Counted from the first letter of the stretch, positions 9,894 through 24,819 are shown. The stretch: 64,000 nt of DNA from the human T2T-CHM13v2.0 reference genome, Homo sapiens (GCF_009914755.1 NC_060936.1), one strand, 5' to 3'. Program-made: numbers and translations. The notes: generated by a model from the letters alone, not told the origin.

Positions 9894-12800
9894 TCACTGC
9901 TGAATTCTACCAAACATTTAAAGAACTAATGCTAATTCTACTTAAACTCTTCAAAAAAATTGAAAAGGAGGAAATACTTCAAACTCAATTCTACGAGACA
10001 GCATTATCCTGATATCAAAACCCAATAAGGACACAACAAACAAAGAAAACCATAGGCCAATATCACCCATGTACATAGATGCAAAAATCCTCAATAAAAT
10101 ACTAGAAAACTGAATTCAACAACACATTAAAAAAATCATTCACCATGATCAAGTGGGATTCACATCCCAAGGATGCAAGGATGGTTCAACATATGCAAAT
10201 CAATCAACATGACAGATCACAACAACAGAGAACCAAGAAGAAAAACCATATAATCATTTTAATAGATGCTTTAAAAGCATTTGATAAAATTCAACATCTT
10301 CTTATAATAAAAACCCTCAACAAACTGGATATAGAAGAAACGTATCTCAAAATAATAAAGGCCAGATGACAAACCCACAGCTAGTATCACACTAAATGGG
10401 AAAAAATTAAAAGCCTTTCTTCTAAGATCTTGAACAAGACAAAGATGTCCAGTTTCACTACTGTTACTCAACATGATATTGGAAGTCCTGGCAAGAGTTA
10501 GGCAAGAAAGAGAAATAAATGGCAACCAAATTGGAGAGAAAGAAGTTAAATTTCCTTTGTTGACAGAAGACATAATCCTATTCTTAAAGAAACCTAAAAA
10601 CTCCACCAAAAATTATTAGAACTGATAAATTCAGTAAAACTGCAGGTTACAAAATCAACATACAAAAATTAGTAGCATTTATACATGCCAAGAGCAAACA
10701 ATCTAAAAAAGAAATCAAGAAAGCAATTCAATTTACAATAGCTACAAAGAATATAAAATACATACGAGTCAATTTAACTAAAATGAAAGATCTATACAGG
10801 AAAAACTATAAAATGCTTATGAAAGAAATTAAAGACATAAAAATGGAAAGATATTCCATGCTCATGAATTGAAACAATTAATATTGTTAAAATGACAATA
10901 CTGCCCAAAGCAATTTACAGGTTCAACATAATCCCTATCAAAATACCATGACATTCTTCACAGAAATAAACAAACGCAAAAAATCCTAAAATTTATATAG
11001 AACCACAAAAGACCCTGAATAGCCAAAGCAATCTTGAGCAAAAATAAGGCTGGAGGCCTCACATTACCTGACTTCAAAATATACTACAAAGCTATAGTAA
11101 TCAAATCAGCACGATACTTGCATAAAAAGACACATAGACCAATGGAACAGAATAGAGAACCCAGATATAAATCCACACATTTACAGCTAACTCATTTCAA
11201 CAAAGTCACCACGAACATAGAATGGGAACAGTCTCTTCAATAAATGGTGCTGGGAAAACTGAATAAAGACTATCTAATTCGCAGAAGAATAAAACTATAC
11301 CACTATCTCTAACCACATTAAAAAATCAAATCAAAATGAATTAAAGACTTAAATCTAAGATCTGAAACTATGAAACTACTAGAAGAAAACACTGGGGAAA
11401 TAAGAACATTGGTCTGGGCAAGATTTTTTGTGTGAGACCTCAAAAGCACTGCAACCAAAGCAAAAATGGATCACTGGAATTACATCAAACTAAAAAGAGT
11501 CTACACAACAAAGGAAACAATCAACAAAGTGAAGAAACAAGTCACAGAATGGGAGAAAATATGTGCAAACTATCAATGTGACAATGGATTCATAATAATA
11601 ATATATAAGGAGCTCAAACAATTCAACAGCAAAAGAAAAAAAAAAACACAAATAATCCAATTTAAAAATGGGCAAAAGACCTGAATAGATATTTCTCAAA
11701 AGACATACAAATTGCCAACAGGTATATGAGAAAATGCTCAAAATCACTAATTTTCAGAGAAATGCAAACCAAAACCACAATGAGACATCATCTCACCTCA
11801 GTTAAAATAGCTTTTATAAAAAGACAAAGAATAACGAATGCTAGCAAGGATGTGGAGAAAATGGAACCCTCGTTCACTGTTGGTGGGAATGTAAATAAGA
11901 ACAGTCACCATGGAAAATTATGGAGGTACCTCAAAAAAAAATAGAACTACCATATTATCCAGCAACTCCGCGACTGAGTATATACCTAAAAGAAAAAAAA
12001 TCAGTACACTGAAGGGATATCTGCACTCCCATGTTTATTGCAGAATGATACATAATAGCCAAGATAGGGAATCAACCTAAGTATCCATCCATGGATGAAT
12101 GGATAAAGAAAATGTGGTTTATATACACAATGGATTATCGAGCTGTAAAAAAGAATGGAGTCATGACATTGGCAGCAACATGGATGAAATGAGAATTCGT
12201 TATGTCAAGTAAAATAAGCCGAGCACGGAAAGACAAATATCACCTGTTCTCATTCATATGTAGGAGCTAAATAAGTGGAACTCATGAAGAGACAAAGTAG
12301 ATTGGTGGTTACCAGAGGCTGGGAAGGGCAGGGGGAGAGACTGATTAAAAGAGGTTGATTAATGGGTATAAATATACAGTTAGATATAAGAAATAAGACC
12401 TAGAAGTGATAAGACCTAGTGTTCAATAGATCAGTAGGGTGACTGTAGTTTACAATAATCTATTGTACATTTCAAAATAGCTAGAAGGGAATAGTTTGAA
12501 TGGTTTCTAGCATAAAGAAGACAAGTATTTAAGGTGATAGATATCCTATTACCCTGATTTCATATGTAAATTTTATGTGAATTTATTAAATTATCACATG
12601 TCCTGAAAATATGTATATCGATTATGTATCAACTTTTTAAATATGTATTTAATTTTAAATATGTATTTAATTAAATACATATCATTATGCCTATAATATA
12701 CAGAACTGTTAAATATACAATAGCAGCATCAAGAAGGCAGGTGGGAACAAAGCTATATTGGAGAAGGAAATAACACCATATGGTAACTCAAATCCACAAG

Positions 12801-13912
12801 AAGAATCACAGTAAATAAGATGGTATATGTAATAAATTAAATATAGATGCTACATACTTGTTCTCCCCTTTTTTCTATCAGCTTCCTTAAAAGACATATA
12901 ATTATGTAAAGTAATAATAAAAATGTATAGTTGGGTTGGTAACATATATAGACATAATATATATAGCATAATTATATCAGTTCGAACACCCCTAATCCAA
13001 AAATCTGAAATCAGAATTCCTCCAAAATCCAAAACTTTTTGAGACTTTACATAAGGCCACAAGTGGAAAATTCTACTCCTGACTTCATGTGATGGGTCAC
13101 AGTCAAAATGAGAGAGTATAATATACAGTTTATTCAAGGGAAAAAAGACTTTCCCAGGCCCTTTCAGCTGTAATATATATTTTCCTCACATGTCCAGATT
13201 CCCCCACGCAAGCATGTCCACAAAGGGTAATAAAATGGTATATGTACAGGCTGGATACGCCAATGGCAGGTTCCTCACAATGCCCCACAAGAGGCCAATA
13301 TCTATGTGCATTACTGTGTTTTTTTCTTATTCTCTGCTCTGCAGTATAAAGATACTGTTGACAAGGTCAGAAAGGCCTGCAGATATCACTGTGGATAACA
13401 GTGATAAGAAAAAAAGGAAAGCATTTATATTTATCTACAAAACAGAAAGTCAAGCTGTTATAGCAACTGGGCAGCAATGTTAAGTCTGAAATATCTTACA
13501 GAAGAGTATGGTGTTGAAATGACCACTATATATATGATCTGAAGAAAGAGAAGGACCAACTATGAAAGTTCTATGTTGAAAGTAATGAACAGAAGTTAAT
13601 AAAAATGGAAAAATCCTACATAAAGCTAAAAACAAAATCTTGTTCATGTATTGAAAGGATAGTCCATCAGCATCACAGAGAATCCATGCCACTTAATAGT
13701 ATGCTGATCATGAAATAATCAAAGATCATGATGAACTGAAAATTGAAAAGAATACTGAATACTCAACAGGCATGTTACAGAAATTTAAGAAAAGATACAG
13801 CATTGGGGGTCCATTCCAAGATGGCCAAATAGGAACAGCTCTGGTCCACAGCTCCCAGCGTGACTGACACAGAAGACAGGTGATTTCTGCATTTCCAACT
13901 GAGGTACCTGGT

Positions 13913-14245
13913 TCATGTCATTGGGACTGGTTGGGCAGCGGGTGCAGCCCACAGAGGGCAAGCCGAAGAAGGGCAGGGCATCGCCTCACCCAGGAAGCAC
14001 AAGGGATTGGGGGATTTCCCTTTCCTAGCCAAGGGAAGCCGTGACAGATTGTACCAGGAAAACTGGGACACTGCTACCCAAATACTGCCCTTTACCAACA
14101 GTCTTAGCAAATGGCACACCAGGAGATTATATCCCGCACCTGGCTCAGCGGGTCCCATGCCCACAGAGCCTTGCTCACTGCTAGCGCAGCAGTCCGAGAT
14201 CAAACTGCAAGGCAGCAGCCTGGCTTGGGGAGGGGTTTCCACCAT
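13913..14245 (-). CDS. L1 ORF0 homologue, open, 110 aa (expression unproven)
   Basis: MVETPPQARLLPCSLISDCCASS... matches the ORF0 signature PCSLISDCCAS. Start context gcaATGg. Confidence 0.5.
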   Translation of the reverse strand: MVETPPQARLLPCSLISDCCASSEQGSVGMGPAEPGAGYNLLVCHLLRLLVKGSIWVAVSQFSWYNLSRLPLARKGKSPNPLCFLGEAMPCPSSACPLWAAPAAQPVPMT

Positions 14246-15930
14246 TGCTGAGGCTTGAGTAGGTAAACAAAGTGGCCAGGAAGCTTGAACTGGGTGGAGC
14301 CCACCGCAACTCAATGAGGCCTGCCTACCTCTGTAGACTCCACCTCTGGGGGCAGGGCATAGCTGAACAAAAGGCAGCAGAAACTTCTGCAGACTTAAAT
14401 GTCCGTGTCTGACAGCTCAGAAGAGAGCAGTGGTTCTCCCAGCACAGTGTTTGAGCTCCAAGAATGGACAGACTGCCTCCTCAAGTGGGTCCCTGACCCC
14501 CGTGTAGCTTAACTGGGAGACACCTCCCAGTAGGGGCCGACTGACACCTCATACAGTCGGATGCCCCTCTGAGACGAAGCTTCCTGAGGAAGGATCAGGC
14601 AGCAATATTTGCTGTTCTGCAATATTTGCTGTTCTGCAGCCTCCGCTGGGATACCCAGGCAAACAGGTTCTGGAGTGGACCTCCAGCAAACTCCAACAGA
14701 CGTGCAGCAGAGGAACCTGACTGTTAGAAGGAAAACTAACAAACAGAAAGGAATAGCATCAACACCAACAAAAAGGATATTCACACCAAAACCCCATCTA
14801 TAGGTCACCGTCATCAAAGACCAAAGGTAGATAAAACCACAAAGATGGGGAAAAACCAGAGCAGAAAAGCTGAAAATTCTAAAAACCAGAGCACCTCTTC
14901 TCCTCCAAAGGAACGCAGCTCCTTGCAAGCAACGGAACAAAGCTGGATGGAGAATGACTTTGACGAGTTGACAGAAGTTGGCTTCAGAAGGTTGGTAATA
15001 ACAAACTTCTCCGAGCTAAAGGAAGATGTTTGAACCCATCGCAAGGAAGCTAAAAACCTTGAAAAAAGATTAGACGAATGGCTAACTAGAACAAACAGTG
15101 TAAGAGAAGACCTTAAATGACCTGATGGAGCTGAAAACCATGGCACAAGAACTATGTGACGCATGCACAAGCTTCAGTAGCTGATTCAATCAAGTGGAAG
15201 AAAGGGTATCAGTGACTGAAGATCAAATGAATGAAATGAAGCAAGAAGTTTAAAGAAAAAAGAGTAAAAAGAAATGAACAAAGCCTCCAAAAAATTTGGG
15301 ACTATGTGAAAAGACCAAATCTATGTTTGATTGGTGTACCTGAAAGTGACGGGGCGAATGGAACCAAGCTAGAAACACTCTTCAGGATATTATCCAGGAG
15401 AACTTCCCCAACCTAGCAAGGCAGGCCAACATTCAAATTCAGGAAATACAGAGAACACCACAAAGATACTCCTTGAGACGAGCAACCCCAAGATACATAA
15501 TTGCCAGATTCACCAAGGTTGAAATGAAGGAAAAAAATGTTAAGGGCAGCCAGAGAGAAAGGTCAGGTTACCCACAAAGGGAAGCCCATCAGACTAACAG
15601 TGGATCTCTCGGCAGAAACTCTACAAGCCAGAAGAGGGTGGGGGCCAATATTCAGCATTCTTAAAGAAAAGAATTTTCAACCCAGAATTTCATATCCAGC
15701 CAAACTAAGCTTCATAAGTGAAGGAGAAATAAAATCCTTTACAGATAAGCAAATGCTGAGAGATTTTTGTCATCACCAGGCCTGCCTTACAAGAGCTCCT
15801 GAAGGAAGCACTAAACATGGAAAGGAACAACCCGTACCAGCCACTGCAAAAACATGCCAAACTGTAAAGACCATCGATGCTAGGAAGAAACTGCATCAAC
15901 TAATGGGCAAAATAACCAACTAACATCATA

Positions 15931-16713
15931 ATGACAGAATCCGATTCACACATAACAATATTAACCTTAAATATAAATGAGCTAAATACCCCAATTAAAA
16001 GACACAGACTGGCAAATTGGATAAAGAGTCAAGACCCATCAGTGTGCTGCATTCAGGAGACCCATCTCACGTGCAGAGACACACACAGGCTCCAAATAAA
16101 GGGATGGAGGAAGATCTACCAAGCAAATGGAAAGCAAAAAAGAGCAGGGGTTGCAATCCTAGTCTCTGATAAAACAGACTTTAAACCAACAAAGATCAAA
16201 AGAGACAAAGATGGCCATTACATAATGGTAAAGGGATCAATTCAACAAGGAGAGCTAACTATCCTAAATATATATGCACCCAATATAGGAGCACCCAGAT
16301 TCATAAAGCAAGTCCTTAGAGACCTACAAAGAGACTTAGATTCCCACACAATAACAATGGGAGACTTTAACACCCCACTGTCAATATTAGATAGATCAAC
16401 GAGACAGAAAGTTAACAAGGATATCCAGGACTTGCACTCAGCTCTGCACCAAGCAGACCTAATAGACATCTACAGAACTCTCCACCCTAAATCAACAGAA
16501 TACACATTCTTCTCAGCATCACATTGTACTTATTCCAAAATTGACCACATAGTTGGAAATAAAGCATTCCTCAGCAAACGTAAAAGAACAGAAATCATAA
16601 CAAACTGTCTCTCAGACCACAGTGTAATCAAATTAGAACTCAGGATTAAGAAACTCACTCAAAACCACACAACTGCATGGAAACTGAACAATCTGCTCCT
16701 AAATGACTACTAG
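15931..16713 (+). CDS. Truncated L1 ORF2: complete APE-like endonuclease domain only (260 aa; expression unproven)
   Basis: TLN (N14), IQET (E43), NIYAPN, MGDFN, SKIDH and LSDHS motifs are all in one frame. Stop TAG at 16711-16713. Confidence 0.5.
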   Translation: MTESDSHITILTLNINELNTPIKRHRLANWIKSQDPSVCCIQETHLTCRDTHRLQIKGWRKIYQANGKQKRAGVAILVSDKTDFKPTKIKRDKDGHYIMVKGSIQQGELTILNIYAPNIGAPRFIKQVLRDLQRDLDSHTITMGDFNTPLSILDRSTRQKVNKDIQDLHSALHQADLIDIYRTLHPKSTEYTFFSASHCTYSKIDHIVGNKAFLSKRKRTEIITNCLSDHSVIKLELRIKKLTQNHTTAWKLNNLLLNDY

Positions 16714-16725
16714 GTAAATAACTAA

Positions 16726-17010
<285 letters not shown>

Positions 17011-17585
17011 TGACTCCAGGAGCTGGTTTTTGAAAAGATCAACAAAATTGATAGACCGCTAGCAAGACGAACAAAGAAGAAAAGAGAGAAGAATCAAATA
17101 GACACAATAAAAAATGATAAAGGGGATATCACCACTGATCCCACAGAAATACAAACTACCATCAGAGAATACTATGAACACCTCTACGCAAATAAACTAG
17201 AAAATCTAGAAGAAATAGATAAATTCCTGGACATATACACCCTCCCAAGACTAAACCAGGAAGAGGTTGAATCCCTGAATAGACCAGTAACAGGATCTGA
17301 AATTCAGGCAATAATTAATAGCCTACCAACCAAAAAAAGTCCAGGACCAGACAGTCCTGAATTCTACTAGAGGTACAAAGAGGAGCTGGTACCATTCCTT
17401 CTGAAACTATTCCAATCAACAGAAAAAAAGGGAATCCCCCCTAACTCATTTTATGAGGCCAGCATCACCCTGATACCAAAGCCTGGCAGAGAAACAACAA
17501 AAAAAAAGAGAATTTTAGACCAATATCCCTGATGAACATCAACGCAAAAATCCTCAATAAAATACTGGCAAACCGAATCCAGTAG

Positions 17586-17801
<216 letters not shown>

Positions 17802-17804
17802 TAA

Positions 17805-18182
<378 letters not shown>

Positions 18183-21100
18183 TGAACTCCCATTCACAAT
18201 TGCTACAAAGAGAATAAAATACCTAGGAATCCAACTTACAAGGGATGTGAAGGACCTCTTCAAGGAGAACTACAAAGCACTGCTCAACGAAATAAAAGAG
18301 GACACAAACGAATGGAAGAACATTCCATGCTCATGGATAGGAAGAATCAATATCGTGAAAATGGCCATACTGCCCAAGGTAATTTATAGATTCAATGCCA
18401 TCCCCATCAAGCTACCAATGACATTCTTCACAGAATTGGAAAAAACTACTTTAAAGTTCATATGGAACCAAAAAAGAGCCCACATTGCCAAGACAATCCT
18501 AAGCAAAAAGGAACAAAGCTAGAGGCATCATGCTACCTGATTTCAAACTATACTAAAAGGCTACAGTAACCAAAACAGCATGGTACTGGTACCAAAACAG
18601 AGATATAGACCAATGGAACGGAACAGAACAGAGGCCTCAGAAATAACACCACACATCTACAACCACCTGATCTTTGACAAACCTGACAAAAACAAGAAAT
18701 GGGGAAAGGATTCCCTATTTAATAAATGGTGCTGGGAAAACTGGCTAGAAAGCTGAAACTGGATCCCTTCCTTACACCTTATATAAAAATTAATTTTCAA
18801 GATGGATTCAAGACTTAAATGTTAGACCTAAAACCATAAAAACTCTAGAAGAAAACCTAGGTAATACCATTCAGGACATAGGCATGGGCAAGGACTTCAT
18901 GACTAAAACACCAAAAGCAGTGGCAACAAAAGCCAAAATAGACAAATGGGATCTAATTAAAGAGTTTCTGCACAGCACAAGAAACTACCATCAGAGTGAA
19001 CAGGCAACCTACAGAATGGGAAAAAATTTTTGCAATCTACCCATCTGACAAAGGGTGAATATCCAGAATCTACAAAGAACTCAAACAAGTTTACAAGAAA
19101 AAAATCAAACAACCCCATCCAAAAGTGGGCAAAGGATATGAATAGACACTTTTCAAAAGGAGACATTTATGCAGCCAATAGACACATGAAAAAATGCTCA
19201 TCATCACTGGTCATCAGAGAAATCCAAAACAAAACCACAATGAGATACCATCTCACACCAGTTAGAATGGCAATCATTAAAAAGTCAGGAAACAACAGGT
19301 GCTGGAGAGGATGTGGAGAAACAGGAACACTTTTACACTATTGGTGGGAGTGTAAACTAGTTCAACCATTGTGGAAGATGGAAGACAGTGTGGTGATTCC
19401 TCAAGGATCTAGAACTAGAAATACTATTTGACCCAGTGATTTCATTACTGGGTATATACCCAAAGGATTGTAAATCATGCTACTATAAAGACACATGCAC
19501 ACATACGTTTACTGTGGCACTATTCACAATAGCAAAGACTTGGAACCAACCCAAATGTCCATCAATGATAGACTGGATTAAGAAAATGTGGCACACATAC
19601 ACCACGGAATACTATGCAGCCATAAAAAAGGATGAGTTCAAGTCCTTTGCAGGGATATGGATGAAGCTGGAAACCATCATTCTGAGCAAACTATTGCAAG
19701 GACAGAAAACCAAACACCGCACGTTCTCACTCATAAGTGGGATTGAACAATGAAAACACCTGGACACAGGGCAGGGAACATCACACACCAGGGCCTGTCG
19801 GGGGGTGGGGGGCTGGGGGAAGGATAGCATTAGGAGAAATACCTAATGTAAATGACGAGTTAATGGGGGCAGCAAACCAACATGGCACATGTATACATAT
19901 GAAACAAACCTGTACGTTGTGCACATGTACCCTGGAACTTAAAGTATAATAATAATAATAAAAAAAAGATACAGCATTAAATTTTTAAAGACATGTAGGG
20001 ATAAAACACGGTGATCATGAAGCAACAGAGAAATTCATTGATGAGTTTGCCAAGGTCATTGCTGATAAACATCTGACACTAGAACAAGTCTATAATGCCA
20101 ATGAAACATCACTGTTTTGACATTATTATCCTAGAAAGACACCAATTACAGCTGCTGAGACAGCCTTTACAGGAATTAAGGATGCCAAAGACAGAATAAC
20201 TGTGCTGGGATGTGCTAATACACATATAAGTGTAAACTTGCTTTGACAGGGAAAACCTCACGTCCTCACTGTATTCAAGGAGTAAATTTCTTACCAGTCC
20301 ATTATTATGCTAAAAAAAAAAAAGGAAAAGAAAAGGCATGTATCACCAGAAACCTCTTTTCTGACTAGTTTCACAAACATTTTGTACTAGCGGCTCATGC
20401 TTACTGCAGTGAAGCTAGACTGTAAGATTTTGTTATTCCTTGACAACTGTTCTGCTCATCCTCCAGCTGAAATTCCCATAAAAAATAATGTTTATAACAT
20501 GTACTTTCCCCGAAATGTGACTTCATTAATTAAGGCATGTGACCAGGATATCCTTAGATCAATAAAGGGTAAATATAAAAATATATTCTTGAATAGCATG
20601 CTAGCAACAGTGAACAGAGATAAGGGTGTAGAAAGTTTTCAAAAGTAGTTTAGCATGGAGGATGCCACAAATGCAGTTGCCAACACTCGGAAAACAATGA
20701 CTGAAGACATAGTCGTGCCTGACACAACCTGGCCTAAGACTATGTTCAGTGTTGATGATGAACAATTGGTGATTTCGAAGGACTCTGTATATCATCCAAG
20801 GGAAAACAAAAAAGATATATAACCTCCTGACATATGCAAAAAATGTACCTCCAGAGTCTATCAGTAAGCTGGAAGAAGTGAATATCAAAGATGTTTCTAA
20901 TATTGATAATGAGGCTCCAGTTGTTCATTCAGTATCAATGGTAAAATAATTAAAATGGTTCTGAATCAAGGTGATTTGATAACAGTGATAAAGATAACAT
21001 TAACCATGCAGAGAAAGTGGCTGTAGACAACATGATGAAAACATGTGATGAGATTACTAAAGGTCTGGAGCAGTGTGCATTCATACCAAACAAGAATTCA

Positions 21101-21481
21101 TGTCAATTTATAACATCAAAGAAAGATTTCTAAGACAAAAACCATTGTTAATAAGGTAGATGACTCTAAAGGAAACATTTTTAAAAGCCATCCAGCAAAA
21201 TGCTTCCTCGCCCCTATAGGAGCCACTACTTGGTCCCTCAATCGCTTCTGATGTTTTACCTAAAGTCAAAAAATACAGTGTATAGGAGCATTTTAATCAA
21301 AACACAGCATCATAGGTGGAGACAAAGCTTGCCACTGTTTGCTGTTGCTGTTGTTTAACATCTGATAAAGGTATTTTGGTGATGCTATTGCACTGCTTAG
21401 TTATCCTGAACACATTATTTTTTCACTGTATTAAATGTATGTCATACCTTTTACTGTTAAGAATTTATGTATGAATATTCA

Positions 21482-21790
21482 GGCTGGGTGCGGTGGCTCA
21501 CGCCTGTAATCCCAGCACCCTGGGAGGCCCAGGTGTGTGGATCACTTGAGGTCAGGAGTTCAAGACCAGCCTGGCCAACATGGTGAAACTCCATCTCTAT
21601 TTAAAAAAAAAAATACAAAAATTAGCCAGGTGTGGTGGTAGGCGCCTGTAATCCCAGTTACTTGGGAGGCTGAGGCAGGAGGATCATTTGAACCCAGGAG
21701 GTGGGGGGTCACAGTGAGCCGAGATCATGTCATTGCACTCGAGCCTGGGCGACAGAGCAAGACTCCATCTCAAAAAAAAAAAAAAGAAAA
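21482..21790 (+). mobile_element. AluS
   Basis: Dimeric Alu with A-tail inside Tigger4. Confidence 0.92.
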
Positions 21791-21924
21791 ATATTATATA
21801 AAATTACCTTTGAACTGTGTGTAAAAGGCATATATGAAACAAATAAATTCATGTTTAGACTTGGGTACTATCTCCAAGATACATTATTATATAGATGTGA
21901 ATATTCCAACATTTGAAAATAATT

Positions 21925-22590
21925 AAATAGAAAACAAAAAGTAAAATGGCAGATGTAGGCCGGTGCAGTGGCTCACGTCTGTAATCCTAGCACTTTGCGA
22001 GGCCGAGGCGAGTGGATCACAAGGTCAGGAGATCGAGACCAACTTGACCAACACGGTGAAACCCCGTCTCTACTAAAATACAAAAAATTAGCCAGGCGTG
22101 GTGGCACACGCCTGTAGTCCCAGCTACTTGGGAGGCTGAGGCAGGGGAATCACTTGAACCAGGAGGCAGAGGTTGCAGTGAGCTGAGATTGCACCACTGC
22201 CCTCCAGCCTGGGTGACAGAGTGAGACTCTGCTAAAAAAAAAAAAAAAAAAGGCAGATGTAAATAATAATATAACATGCAATTAAATAATAGTATTAAAT
22301 GTGAGTAAACTAATCCAATCAAAACGTAGATTTTTCAGATTAGATTTTTTTGAAATCCAGCTATATGCTGTCCACAGAAATACACTTTAGATTCAAAGAT
22401 ACAAATAGGTGGAAAGTAGAAGGATAAATAAAAAATACCATGCAAACAACAGTCATAAAAAAGCTGGAGTGGCTATACTAATGCCAGGCAAAATAGACTT
22501 CAAACCAAAAAGTGTTACTATAAAAAGTAGGGTCATTTTATCATGATAAAAGGGTTACTCCAACATAAAGATGTAACAGTTATAAAGATA
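21925..22590 (+). mobile_element. Ancient L1M fragment (ORF2 endonuclease region)
   Basis: Degenerate EN sequence (ccagctatatgctgtc; aaagctggagtggctatacta; aaaatagacttcaa). Probably continues the L1M-like sequence at ~12690-12975. Confidence 0.7.
21958..22251 (+). mobile_element. AluS (Sc-like)
   Basis: Dimeric Alu. TSD ggcagatgta at 21948-21957 and 22252-22261. Confidence 0.92.
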
Positions 22591-22594
22591 ACAT

Positions 22595-24030
22595 GCATTT
22601 GCAAGTGATGAAATTGGATATTTGGCTGAGGAAACCTCTAAACAATTTGCTGAAGGAGTGGCCTGGGTCCTCCTGACTGCTTAAATAGAACGCAAGAAGA
22701 GAGAATGACTTAAAGACAGAATTATTAAGCAAAAAAGAACCAGTACTTAAAGATGCAGAAAATTCTCAACCTACCCATATTGAAAAGAATGAGAAAGTCT
22801 GTTCAGAGGACAACACTAAGGTTGTGGTCAAATGATCATTTGATAAGATTAGTATGGATGTGGACCGCCCCAGCAGGACAACTGCCAATTTGAAATGAAA
22901 AAATAGTAGATGGGAAGAAATGAAGGAGGGTTGGTAGACTTCTTGGATTTTTCAGGATGGGACCATAGAGCAATTCAGCTGCAAATGTGTGCTCTTCTTT
23001 AAGACAAGGAAGGACCCTAAAAGCAATTCAGAGATCATCCGGGATGCTTCCTTGGTTCAACAAAAGAAGGGACCACTGCCTTGCTTTCAATAGGCCAGAT
23101 GGCTCATGAGGGCTGGACCTCTCAAAGCCCAGGGATTGTGACCAACCCCATCAGAGGGTCCAGAAGGCAGCACTTCCACTTCTCTGGAAGGCAGAGCATC
23201 AAGCCAATCATTCATTTTGTAGCCTTAAGATTTCATGGAACTTGCTCGGGACCTGTCACCCCTTTCTTCCTTCCTTTTTCTCCCTTTCAGAATGGAATGT
23301 CTACCCTATGACTAGCACACCACTATATTTTTTAACTTTTTAATTTTTTTAGAGACAGGGTCTTGCTCTGTTGTCTTGCACTTTAGTCTTGTCCAGGCTA
23401 AAGTGCAGTGACACATCATAGCTCACTGCAACCTCGAACTCCTAGTATCAAGTGATCCTTGTGCTTCAGCTTCCTGAGGAGCTGGGACTACAAGCACATG
23501 ACACCACGTCTGGCCAATTAATTTTTCAATTTTTTCAGAGACAGTCTTGCCATGTTGCTCAGGCTGGTCTTCAACTCCTGGCCTCAAGTGATCCTCCCAC
23601 CTCAGCCTGCCAGGTAGCTGGGATTACAGGCACAAGCCACCAAACTCAGACCACCATTGCATTTTGGAAGCACATATTTGGTTTCACAGGGTCACAGCTG
23701 GAGGAGAATTTGCCTCAGGATGAATCATACCTTGGGCTCAACTGCATCTGATTTAGATAATATTTAGATGAGATGTTGGACTTTAAAGTTGATGCTGGTA
23801 TCAGTTAAGACTCTGGGGTGATTGGGATAAAATGAATGTAATTTGCATGCAACGAAGACACAAATTTTTCGTGGAGGGAAGGGCCAGGGCCAGAATGTTA
23901 TAGACTAAACGTTTGTGTCCTTGCCAAATTATTATGTTGAAATTCTAACTCCTAATGTGATATGAAAATGGGGCCTTTGGGAGGTGATTAGATCATGAAG
24001 GCAAAGTCCTCATAAATGGCATTAAGGCTT
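22595..24030 (+). mobile_element. MaLR (MLT1A/MST-like) internal sequence plus the start of the 3' LTR
   Basis: MaLR-int-like gatgaaattggatatttggctgaggaa. Polypurine tract ggagggaagggccagggccagaa followed by LTR start tgttatagactaaacgtttgtgtcc (~23895). Confidence 0.75.
23331..23650 (-). mobile_element. AluJ-like
   Basis: Diverged reverse-strand Alu (gagacagggtcttgctctg...gggattacaggcacaagccacc). Confidence 0.85.
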
Positions 24031-24403
24031 TTCTTAATATTTGCCAATCTGATAGATGGGCAGTATTGTGGTTCTATTTTCCATTTCCCTAAAGAATAAT
24101 GATGTTGAACATCTTTTCATGTTGTTATTTTCCATCTGCTTATCTTCTTTGGTGCAGTGTCTATTCATATCTTTAGCTCACTTTAAAAAATTGAGTTCCT
24201 TCTCTTGAGATTTCAGAGTTCTTAATATATTCTATGTACAAGTCATTTATCAGATATATGCTTTTTAAATACTTTCTCCCGTCTGTGGCTTATCTTTTCA
24301 TTCTCCTAGAAGCATGTTTTCAACAGCAGAAGTTTTTAATTTTGATAAAGTCTGTTTTATCACTTTTTTTTTTCATCGATCATAGTCCTGGCATTGTAGC
24401 TAA

Positions 24404-24697
<294 letters not shown>

Positions 24698-24819
24698 CTA
24701 ACCAATGCTGGCAGAAACCACACCAAAAAAACAAGCAGATGGAAAATACATGAAAAGATGTTCAACATGATTAGTCATTAGAGAAATACAAATTTTAAGA
24801 TTTGAAAAAGATTTTTCTC

